A stretch of DNA of 64,000 nucleotides from Macrostomum hystrix. Its lineage: Eukaryota; Animalia; Platyhelminthes. Shown here in pieces: positions 23,721-34,900 of the stretch (the first letter of the stretch is position 1; the number at the start of each line of letters is the position of its first letter). The stretch spans positions 11,284,001 through 11,348,000 of the forward strand of contig CATNEN010000007.1 in assembly GCA_950097015.1 (NCBI GenBank), written 5' to 3'. The notes under the pieces were generated by a model. It made no database searches. It was not told where the DNA came from and saw only the letters and a program-made list of their open reading frames with translations. A program made the translations under genes and the position numbers.

Positions 23721-24122
23721 ATGTGCCCTTCAATGGACCCCGATGACAACGACTGCTGCGGCTGCTGTCCGAGGAGGCGGGCGCTGCTGGGCGTCCTGAT
23801 CGGCTCAATCTTCCTGCTCGTGCTCAGCGTCATCCTTCTCATCTTGGACCTGAGCAACGGTGCCCTCGGCAGCATCGGCGGCTATGTCATGCTCGGCGTT
23901 TCCCTGATCATCACCGTTGCCATGACAACCGTCACGGTGGTCGCCTACCGTCCCGACGCCTGCCGAGGCTGCTGCCGCGGCGGCTCTGACAGCCAGACCT
24001 GGCCATCTGTCGAGGCGCAGCGGGCCGGCAGGGGCCGCGTCGGTGGCCGGGCGGCGCGGATGGAAGCCGACGGGTTGGAGAAAGCGACAGCGGAGGCCAG
24101 CATCTACCCGCCCAGATGGTAG
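23721..24122 (+). CDS. Small Cys-rich membrane protein with two predicted TM helices, unknown family
   Basis: 133-aa GC-rich ORF with coding-like codon usage. CCGCCPRRR precedes TM1 (ALLGVLIGSIFLLVLSVILLIL); TM2 is IGGYVMLGVSLIITVAMTTVTVVAY, followed by CRGCCR. Confidence 0.6.
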   Translation: MCPSMDPDDNDCCGCCPRRRALLGVLIGSIFLLVLSVILLILDLSNGALGSIGGYVMLGVSLIITVAMTTVTVVAYRPDACRGCCRGGSDSQTWPSVEAQRAGRGRVGGRAARMEADGLEKATAEASIYPPRW

Positions 24123-24671
24123 CTGCCTGCGGCCTTTCCACTGCCCCTCCTGTGCATCAGTGCCTAATATTTGACAACTGCTCACCTGTGTCAACTGTCC
24201 ACCTGTTTCAACTGTCTACTTGTGTTAACTGCCCACCTGTGTCAACTGTCCACCTGTCAACTGTCCACCTGTCAACTGTCTACTTGTCTATCCACAAGAT
24301 ATCAACGAATTGTCCCTTTGTCTTTCATTGCCCACCTCTTTATTTTCAGACAGCTTCCCGGGCATTAGTGGTACTAGCATAATTCTGTCACTCACTTATT
24401 TTTAACAAGATATAAAAAGGAACATTTTTACTTCTGCAATTGATTCGTGTTTGTTCTATGATATGAATGCCTTTTCCCATCCATACTACTGCCACAACAC
24501 AAACAGTAGTAGATAAGTAAGTAATAATATAAGATAAATAAATAAGAAACTAACGACAACGGCGCATTTTCAATAATTTACACTCGAGGCTTTAGAGAGA
24601 AGGAAAAAAGTGCTGTCGAAAAATTAACAAAAAACTGCTGCAGTTAGAAAGTTTTAACTTTAGACAATTTT

Positions 24672-24922
24672 AGCTTGAGAAAGTTGTAACTTAAGAAAGT
24701 TGTACCTTAAGAAAGTTGTAACTTGAGAAATTTGTAACTTGATAAAGTTGTAACTTGAGAAAGTTGTAACTTAAGAAAGTTGTACCTTGAGAAAGTTGTA
24801 ACTTGAGAAAGTTGTAACTTGATAAAGTTGTAACTTGAGAAAGTTGTAACTTGAGAAAGTTGTAACTTGAGAAAGTTGTAACTTGAGAGAGTTGTAACTT
24901 GAGAAAGTTGTAACTTGAGAAA
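24672..24922. repeat. Minisatellite, 16-bp unit GAGAAAGTTGTAACTT
   Basis: Direct reading, ~15 copies. Confidence 0.95.
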
Positions 24923-25901
24923 ATGGCTGCTTGGGTAGTGTAAATTACTATAAGATATGCTACTTCTATTCAGACGAAATTCATTAAGCCTTTAAATTAA
25001 GATTGCACCCACAAAGTTTCGCAGCAGCCTACTCAAAGCAGTAGCATTCGCATTCTATAATTAAAGCAGTGTAAATAGTGCTATAGTGCCAAGTTCGCTA
25101 TAATAAAGATAAACTAGAGCACAGCTAGCTGTCCTGCACAATGGCGGACACCTAAGGTGCTGACTGAGAGCACTGGGATAATTATGGGGTAGGTTCGAGG
25201 CAATGAGGTGAGACAGAGAGATTGCGTGTCACGAGGCAGGCTCCATCAGGAATTCCTGGCGGCCTGGGGGGCTGTTTTGGCTGTCAGCACTGAACACTCG
25301 TGAGTCTATTCTCACTTCATTACCCGGCAACAAGGAGCCCGCCTTGCCCCCCGCTCTGCGATTATCGCTGAGCCGAGCGAAAACCCGCCAGGCCAGGCGC
25401 TGGTGGAGATAGCAATCAGTTTTTGAGTCGCCCCTCTTCTTAGGTGAGCACACTAACCCAAGCATTGTCTCACAAATTGCAGGGGAGAACAGACAGGGAG
25501 AACAAGGCCAGATCGGCCTGGAGATTAGCAGTGTATAACAATAAATTCTAGTCATAAAACATTGGAATTGAGCTGCATAATGCATGGCCTATGCTGGGCT
25601 CTGTTATGCAACAGCAGTCAATTGAGGCATTAAAACACTAGTTTGAGTCGGTAGGCTGAAGAGGAGAGAGTGAATGATGACTGCCTGTGGGGTGCGCACA
25701 GGTGAAACCAAAGCACCGAAATTTGAATAATAAACTGACCGACATGGCATCGATAAATACGGGCTGCCATTAAACTGACAGTAAAATAAAAAAGCCTATA
25801 AAAACTCATGTTCTCATGACTGGAGAAAAACTGCTGACGGCCTCTGCTCAAGAAATTGGGCTGCATGGGAGACACTACAAACTGGGGAACAGAGAGACAC
25901 A

Positions 25902-26430
25902 GGAGAGAGGGAGAAAGGGAGAGTGAGAGGGAGAAGGGGAGAGTAAGAGGGAGAAGGGGGAGTGAGAGGGAGAAGGGGGGAGTGAGAGGGAGAAGGGGAG
26001 AGTAAGAGGGAGAAGGGGGAGTGAGAGGGAGAAGGGGAGAGTGAGAGGGAGAAGGGGGAGTGAGAGGGAGAAGGGGAGAGTGAGAGGGAGAAGGGGGAGT
26101 GAGAGGGAGAAGGGGAGAGTGAGAGGGAGAAGGGGAGAGTAAGAGGGAGAAGGGGGAGTGAGAGGGAGAAGGGGGGAGTGAGAGGGAGAAGGGGGGAGTG
26201 AGAGGGAGAAGGGGGGAGTGAGAGGGAGAAGGGGGGAGTGAGAGGGAGAAGGGGGGAGTGAGAGGGAGAAGGGGGGAGTGAGAGGGAGAAGGGGGGAGTG
26301 AGAGGGAGAAGGGGGGAGTGAGAGGGAGAAGGGGGGAGTGAGAGGGAGAAGGGGGGAGTGAGAGGGAGAAGGGGGGAGTGAGAGGGAGAAGGGGAGAGTA
26401 AGAGGTAGAAGGGGAGAGTAAGAGGGAGAG
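25902..26430. repeat. Polypurine minisatellite GAGTGAGAGGGAGAAGGGGG (19-20 bp)
   Basis: Direct reading. Confidence 0.95.
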
Positions 26431-27920
26431 AATGGGTGTCAGAGAGGGGTGTGGGGGGAGTTGCCTAGAGACAGCAGGCCATAGAGATAAGATGCGGATG
26501 CTATTGTGATATGTGAATGGCAGGCTGTGGTAGTCTAAGGCTGTTGCAATCCAATGCACTGAGCTATCAAGTCTGTGTTTATAATTGGCAAGCGGCTCAC
26601 CCGACTGATTAAGCGGTGAAATATGATTCTCGCTTGAAGCTCTAACCGAAGCGAATTCCATCTCAAGTCCTGTCTAATGTGTTTTAGGCGGGCATCGATA
26701 AGCACAATCAAGGTGCACGATGGCCAGATAAGACGCTCCAGGATGGAAGTGACGCGGCAGTGCCAAATAGTTTGTCAAGCCGAGCAGCACCCACCTCTAC
26801 CGATGTGCTATTCTTCAGTAGATGTCGTCATCGCTTGTTCCAGACCTTGCGGCATGGACAGCTCGCTGTAGCGCTATCGAGTCCCGACTGTGTGGTATCG
26901 CATTTCCGCCCGGCAGTGCAAACACGGCCGGATCAGCCGAGCTTCTCCCCGCAGCCTCCGGACAGCCCTTGAGCACGGGGGGTGGCTGCGCTGCGCAGTT
27001 CAAGCGGCAGGCGACACGCCGCGCTTTTGAAACTCAGGACGGTGGAGCTGAGCAGTGGGGGACGGCGGGTGTTTGAAGGCCGCCGCGGCCATCGATACCA
27101 TCAAGCCGAGCTGCTCAAAGCTTTCGTGCCGCCGAAACAAAAATCCACAACCGCTGCAGTTCCCACCAGCATCCAACCCCCAAAGTATTTGTTTCGCTAC
27201 TCTTTCTCAGCCAGACGGGGCTGCTGAGTTGCCACCTGGCGTGTCACAATTGCCTCCTCCACATCCTGCCACCCCGGCATCACCTGAGCATCCCTTCTCC
27301 CAGGTGGGATAATTCAGGCGGGCAAAGCTGTCACGACAGGCCAGGCTATCGGAGATATCGACTGACTCGGCGGGCCTTGCTGGACTCGGGGGAGCCACCG
27401 GGATGGCGTGACTGCGGCAGTCCTGCTGTGGGATGAGAGGCCCCAGAGCTGCCTCAGCCAGCCGGCGGGCTGCTAATGCTCCGGCCTCTTTAGAATGCTG
27501 GGACTTCTAAATAAAGAACTAGTAATTAAAACTAGGGCATCGCAGCTAGAACTCGAACCCATGACCTGCGGCGCCACAGCACGATCTCGGCGGTAGGGGA
27601 GGTGTGACAGTGAAGACGGCGGCCACTGGAATTCCCCAGGGCGAAGTTAGTTAAAAAAAACTTCCAGTCAAAACGCAGCGGACCGATTCAGCAGGCATTT
27701 GCGATTTCTCGCCGCCGCCTCATCGGCTTTTCGGCGGACCTGACGCTCGATCTCTATTGGATTTTCCGCGGCAGCTCGGCGCCCCCAGGGACGGCTGCTC
27801 AGGACTGGAACAGGCTGGACAGAGCGATCAAGAGATGAGGAACAGATGAAGCAAATCCTCACTAGATAAGCTGGCAAAGCTGGGCCAGAGAGCGAAAATT
27901 TGACAACAGGACAAAGCAGG

Positions 27921-28110
27921 GATGTGAGACGAGAGATGTGAGACGAGAGATGTGAGACGAGAGATGTGATAGGAGAGATGTGAGAGGAGATATGTGAGAC
28001 GAGAGATTGAGAGGAGAAATGTGAGAGTAGAGATGTGAGAGGAGAGATGTGATAAGAGAGATGTGAGAGAACAGATGTGATAAGAGAGATGTGAGAGGAG
28101 AGATTGAGGG
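27921..28110. repeat. Degenerate ~14-bp repeat GATGTGAGACGAGA
   Basis: Direct reading. Confidence 0.85.
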
Positions 28111-28995
28111 GAGAGAAAGGAGAGAAGGGAAGGATCTGGAGAAGCTGGGTTATACGTAAAGAAGGTCAAAGTTCCAGCGGCCACCCGTCTGTTCTCAACC
28201 TGCAGTCCGCATGTCACGTGATGCAGGCCTACTAGCGGGATCAGATCTCACCCAGGTGGCAAGGTGAGCCCGTCGTAGCGAGTTGGTGGTAAAGTCTCGG
28301 TTTAAAAAGAAAGGCTTCGAAATAGAAGACAGCAATCGTATTTTCTTTCGATATAGAATGAGTCTATATGAACAGTTAAATACTTTATATTTGTATGCTT
28401 ACTGACAGGTTCGCATATGAAGCTGTTGAACGCAAAAAAACTGCAGGGATATTGTCCGAGATTGGTTGCCAAAGTGTCTCAGATGGTCAGACCCGGGTGC
28501 GGGCATATCCATCACCGAATCTCATTGTTCGTGGCGCTGGTTCTAAGCAAAGCCGAAGCAAATCAACACTAAACAGGCAGCACATTGTAACAAATATTTC
28601 GATCCGGCTAAAATTAAAAAGCAAAAACAGAAAAACAGCAAGCTGGACAAAACGAGAAGTGAACTAAAAGTGCAAGATAGTTACAACGCATCAACAAAGA
28701 CTTTTGTTCAATAGAATTTATGGGGCACTATGGCTGTGTACCACGGCAGCGCTCTGGGAGACCAGAACTCACGTACGAGCTACTCAGGGGGGGGGGCGAA
28801 AGCAAGCTCAAACGAATGAGGATTTTGGGATTTGCGCAGCTGCATGGGGAGCTGAAGTTGGGAAAAGAAGAGAGACAAGGACTCACAACAAAGATTTCAG
28901 CTAGCCAGCCCTATGTACACAAGAGACTCCACTGTGACTAGTTTACTGGGACACTTGCAGCTGCGGAACTGGCCAGGCTAATTGCTCCGATCTGC

Positions 28996-31900
28996 TCAGT
29001 CCGACATGATCTGGTGGATCAGGAATCCCATCTTCTTCGGACTGCCGCTGGCGGGAGGCTTCGCTCCTGACGCCTGTTTCTGTCCTGCGGCCGAAGCCGC
29101 GGCAGCAGCAGCAGCAGCCGCAGCAGCCGCAGCCGCAGCCGCGGCAGCAGACGAAGACGAAGACATAGGGGCCGCCGATGAGTTTGTTCCCGACTCGTAG
29201 CTCGCTGCCTGCGGTGCCGCCGGCGGCTGCGGTGGCGACGCGGACGGCCCCGGCGGTAGCGGCGGTGGCGGGGCGAATAGGCCCGGCCAGAACAGGCCGC
29301 CGTAGGGGGTCCGCGGCAGCGGCGGGACCGGCGGTGGAGGCGGCGGTCCCAGCAGGTGGCGAGCGCCACCGCCTGTGCGACAGTGAGCGGCAGCCGCGGC
29401 GGCTGCAGCGGATGCCAGACAGCTGAACTCGCAGCCTTGATGGTGCTGGTGCTGATGCTGCAGCTGGCTCTGGAGCTGGTGCTGGTCTAAGGCGGAACGG
29501 TAGTGATGAATGGTGCTACCGCTGCCGGCTCCCCGGCTGCCAAGCCGGTCGATGACGCTGCTCCAGGCATCGAGACGGGGTCGGCGTTGCTCCGGCGCCT
29601 CCGTCAGGCCCACCGAGGCGGCTTCCACGGCCGAGCGCTTCAAGCCAGCGAAGCAGCGCCCGGCCTCCATAGGGCTGACGGGGAACAGCACCGGCGGCTC
29701 CAGGTGCCCCCCAGGGCGCTGGTGGCGGTGATGATGAAGCAGCGAGTCTGGAAGGGGGAGACGGATCAGGGGGAACTCATTAGTTGGAGATTGAGCAAGT
29801 GTTCAGGACATGCATTATTGATCAGTTCCCTCATGTATGACTGCCGTGAACTGCGAGTTCAATTTCAATATGATAGAGTCAGTTATGGCATCGATTGCCC
29901 GTTTATTGCGACTGCCCGCACCACCGACCCCGCTAGCATTGTTACCGGCTCCGCTGATCGCAGATTTATGGACTGGATTTATGCAAAATGAATGGGCGGC
30001 CTGGTGGTGGCGCCACTTTCGCCTCCCTCTCGCCTCTGGGCCTCCCCGAGTGGCCGCGGGACAGAGAACTTTATTGAGCAGTTTATTTATTGAGTAGCGC
30101 CTCCACAACACCTGCAAATGGTGAGGCGCAGGTCGCTCACACTGAGCAGGCCGAGCTGATTGAGTGCGGGCTGTTTAATGGCCATTTTGCTGTTCCGCGA
30201 AACTTCAAGCCGGCAGATTTTGATTGTTCTCCTGCGCTCTTTGTCTGATCATTTTTAGATTGAGCAGCAGTGCTCATGATTGCTAAAAATCTCAACAATG
30301 GCCTGCAGCCTGTCTTCAGTTCTCAGAGCGCCTCAAATCTGCATTCCTTATTCAACGAAAACATCGCGGGCCCGCTTCGCTTGACTCGACAGCGAGCAAA
30401 TCACAAAACCCGCTCGGGTAAGAGAAACCCAGCGAGCTGAATAAGAGGCTGCGCGCCAGCTTTTTGTCAGAGCGCGAGTACAAAGAGGCCGTGAGGCGGA
30501 GGCACTCGCGCTGCCATCACCATCACTTTCGCTTGCCGCGTCCCGTGACGGAGAAGACCCGCAGTTGCGGCGCTGAAGGGTCAGCTTTTTGCCTCCGGGG
30601 CTGCAGATCCTTGAGCCGCGCTCATCCCACAGACTCCGCCCGCTCGGCGGCGGCGCCTCCGTTCCGCTCCCGTGCCGGCCTCAAGCAGCCGCTCGGATGG
30701 ATTTTTGAATGGCTCCGAGAGCGCGGGCCCCCGCTGCCAGAGCCGCCACGCTCAGCTGAGCCGGTCCTCCCAAGACCTGCCCGCTCTCACAATGGCAGGC
30801 AGAAGGTTAGGCATCGTTGGAGACACAAATTTCAGCCTCTCTAGTTATCCCAGATTTCCGCTTGCCTCCGCTCGGAGAAGAGAATGCGGCCAGCGCAGCG
30901 TGTCCTCCGAGCCGATGTTTTTTGAGAATTTTTGAAGAAAAAACACTTATCGCATTATTTAGCATTCGTTTTGAATCCTGCTTAAATTTAGCCAGATCGT
31001 CTTTTGTGCCACCAGGCCGCGGCGGCGCCCTCAACGACCTGCCTGCGCTTCTCCGCCGACTGAGAAAAATCTTTTCAACCGGATGGCGGCGAAATCTTCA
31101 TCGGGTAGGCTGCCAGGGCGGGCCGACAAGAAGGTGAAGGCGCGCTGAGACAGTTCAGGAACTGCCCGCTTCCAGCCAACGGAGACTGACAATGCAACCG
31201 CCACTCTCCCTCACTCGCAGACTTTCCCTTGGATTCAGGCTCAGCCAGGAGCACAGGGCTAGTTTAGTGGAGTCGGGTGGGCCTCAATCTCACTCAATGA
31301 ATGGCCGGCCCTGCTTTAGAAAAGGCCAGAAGAGCTCTGAGGGCCTCCAATGCGGTCTGTTTGGCGGGGTCAGAGATCCGTATCTGGCCGCTCCAGCCAG
31401 AGTGTCGCCTCCTTCGCCCCACCCCAGCCGATCCTCAGCCGGACAAAGTGGAGCAGCGGCAGCAGCAGCAGAAGCGGCGGCAGCGGCGGCGGCGCCGGTG
31501 GCAGCGGCTTGAAAAGGCCAAACACCGACCTTGGTGGCCCTCCTCCCCGCCTCTCGCCTCCACACCGCTGCTCAACTAAAAAAAATCGGCCCGACGGAAA
31601 TAGGCGAGGGGAGGGGCGGCCAAGGAGCCACCCGCCCGGCCTGTCTGTCTGTCTCTCTGTCTGTCTCTCCCTGCCCCTTGTCGGTGTGTGTGTGTGGGTC
31701 CGAGCCAGCCAGCCGTTTGGCGCCAGCTCTGACAGCGGTGGCGGCGGCGGTGGCGGCAGCAGCGGCTGCAGCCATGAGGGACGCAGGGGGTAGAGAGGGG
31801 GCAGCGGCGTCCCCCCTAAACTGCAGTGCGAGATCCCGCAGAGGCTCAGGTGAATGCAGGTAGGTGGGGTGGGGCCCGCCTATTGTTGCAGAGGCGCCTG

Positions 31901-34900
31901 GAAGGTGCCAAGCGACTCCCCAACCTGCTCAGCCACCTGCAGTCAGGCCGATCGTTGCTGCTGCCACCTGTCTTTTCATGCTCAGTGACCCAAGAGTTGT
32001 TGAGCTCTGCAGGCGGGTCCCGCTATTAGGCATACATGCGGTGTGACAGGACTCGCATGAGTGTGATATCTCACACTGTTACCTGGCGGCTTTCTTTGTG
32101 CTGAGCGACACGGGTGCCTAAACCAATCAATGCAGAGTTGCAGTCGCTGCATTTGAATTTGATCGCTCTGTTTAGCATGCCAGGAACAAAGGCGAGAGTC
32201 CCGAGTGCCCAGCCTCGCCGGCTCGCCATTATCGACCTGCTCGCCAACCTCAGGGAAGGTGGAGATTTCCGCCTGGGCGAGCCCCGAGAGCCGCCGCTTC
32301 CCCTGGGCCTGAGCGGAGGCCGGGGAAAAGGCACTCGCCCGGTGATAAGCATCGGTGAGCTAAAATCTCCCACAACTGCTGTGAGGAGCTGCAGCCGACC
32401 AACTTGGAAGTCACGCAATGGTCTCCGGGCCTTTGCCGCTCAGTGAAGCGGGCGGGACGATCCGGCGGGCGGCACGGAGGCGGAGGGGGTCAAAGCGGAA
32501 GGCGAAAGGCGTGGAGGGCCCTGCCGAACGGACCGAGTCCCTTCAGAGCCTCTTGGCTGCAGGCCCGGCGCCAAGGAGGGGGGCAGCTGGGGGATCTTGA
32601 TCCGCGCCTCCGCGGGCTCGAAGTGGCTGACGGAGCGGCTGGGCTGAATGCGGATCTTCCCCGGCCCGCTACGTGACCCGCCGCTTGTTAATGACGAGGC
32701 TGCCTGGAGTGCGGATGCGGGACCGCTGGCGGGGCCACACAAAAACACAAAGAGAACTCACAGGCCGTGCGTAGGGGATTAGATAGAGGGGGAGAGTTGA
32801 GTGGGCTAGCGGTAAAAAGAGCAGCTCAAGCTTGTAGCGGCTGATGCCCAATTAGATAAACTTTCCTTCAAGCGCTTGCAGGTTTGCCTCTGGTTTGAGT
32901 GTAGCGAACTGCCTACAGCGGGCGGCTCTCCGAGCTGCCGCCGCCGCAGGGCGCTGCCGGTGCAAAATTGCCGTGAATTTTGCAAATCGGCCCTGCCGAG
33001 TTTGCTACAGTCCCCTGCCCGCCCTCCGCTCCCTGGGGGCAAGCTGACGCAAGGGGAGCTCTTTGACATCAGCAAATCTAATTGGAGCTTGTTGGGATTC
33101 TTTCCTCCACAGGGAGGCCCTCCCGACTCTTCCCGCGACGGCGGCTCACCTGACACGGCCAGCTGGTGCCGCTCGCGCAGCCCGGCCTCCTTGGCCTCGG
33201 CCAGCAGCGAGCCAGAGTCGTCAGAATCCTCGCTGTCGCTCTGGCCGCCCGAGATGCCGCCCTGCTGCTGCCTGCTCCTGTGGGACAGTGGAGGATTATC
33301 GGGACTCTTGGATTATCGGGACTCTTGGTTTATCGGGACTCTTGGATTATCGGGACTCTTGGATTATCGGGACTCTTGGATTATCGGGACTCTTGGATTT
33401 TCGGGACTCTTGGATTATCGGGACTCTTGGATTATCGGGACTCTTGGATTATCGGGACTCTTGGATTATCGGGACTCTTGGATTATCGGGACTCTTGGAT
33501 TATCGGGACTCTTGGATTATCGGGACTCTTGGATTTTCGGGACTCTTGGATTATCGGGACTCTTGGATTATCGGGACTCTTGGATTATCGGGACTCTTGG
33601 ATTATCGGGACTCTTGGATTATCGGGACTCTTGGATTATCGGGACTCTTGGATTATCGGGACTCTTGGATTATCGGGACTCTTGGATTATCGGGACTCTT
33701 GGATTATCGGGACTCTTGGATTATCGGGACTCTTGGATTATCGGGACTCTTGGATTATCGGGACTCTTGGATTATCGGGACTCTTGGATTATCGGGACTC
33801 TTGGATTATCGGGACTCTTGGATTATCGGGACTCTTGGATTTTCGGGACTCTTGGATTATCAGGACTCTTGGATTATCGGGACTCTTGGATTTTCGGGAC
33901 TCTTGGATTATCGGGACTCTTGGATTATCGGGACTCTTGGATTATCGGGACTCTTGGATTATCGGGACTCTTGGATTATCGGGACTCTTGGATTATCGGG
34001 ACTCAAGTTAAGCAATATATTTCTTGCGCTTTGTTCTGTTTAATTTCGCGGTCGCAAAAGCTACAGTCGATTCATGCTAACTGGAATCGAACCTCAGACC
34101 AAGTTGCTGCGCTACGCAAACCCGAATCCCAGCTTCATCCTCGTCTCTCCCGCCTCCCTCAGCACGGCAAGAGCCCAGAAATTACAAAGATGCACACACA
34201 CAGACGCGCCAACCCCATTAGCTGTCGCCCGGCCAAGCGTCGCATTGTGCCGCATTGACACGGCCGGCACTCGGGCCTGGAAAATGTTTGCAAATCAGAG
34301 CAGCCCGGCGCCTCGACCGCGCAGCGACAACTGCAGCTTGAGGGGATTGGGGGGAGGCGAGAGGGGAGACAGCGGGGAGGCGAGAAATCGGCTCCTTCAA
34401 CGCCGCCGGGCTGCCTGGCGTCACAAAACCGCACGCAGCTCCAGCGCCTCTGGCGAGACGCGCACGCGATCTTGGCGCGGCCGACAACCGCGGAGCTGCA
34501 CTGACTGCGGGATCCGGGATGCGGGCTCCTCCGCTCTTCTTCCTTTTCCCCTTGTCTCCAGTGGGTCTCGCCCCCCCTATTTACCCCCTCCCAAAGCCGA
34601 CTGCCCCTGTGCTGTGGTAACTGGGCGGAGCGGAGGGACGGGCGTTGGCGCCCAAATTCTCCCCAAGTGTCAATCAAACAAACACAACAAATGCCTGTGC
34701 TCACGCGAATTTTCCCTCCCATTCACGCGCCCCACCCCGCGTCACTTCTGCTCATTGTGGGCTTGTTATTCTCCTATTCTTTCCTGTTTGCCTCCAACTT
34801 CACCGAGACTCGCGGGGCAACAAGGGCTGGGTGGCTGATCTTTTGTCTATGGCCGAACCCGGCGCCACTCACTTCTTGTTGTCTCTCCTGCCTGAGCCGG

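Noticed and set aside
26677-27420. GC-rich block with several short overlapping ORFs
   Set aside because: No recognisable domain or consistent splice model; left unannotated.
27545-27575. Pol III B-box-like GGTTCGAG motif (also ~34085 and ~35014)
   Set aside because: No convincing A-box or cloverleaf; at most SINE remnants, not tRNA genes.
32489-32668. Alternative phase-1 terminal exon for Tbx2/3
   Set aside because: The acceptor lacks a pyrimidine tract and the peptide is uninformative; the 29747 exon has a strong acceptor and ends in an eh1 motif.
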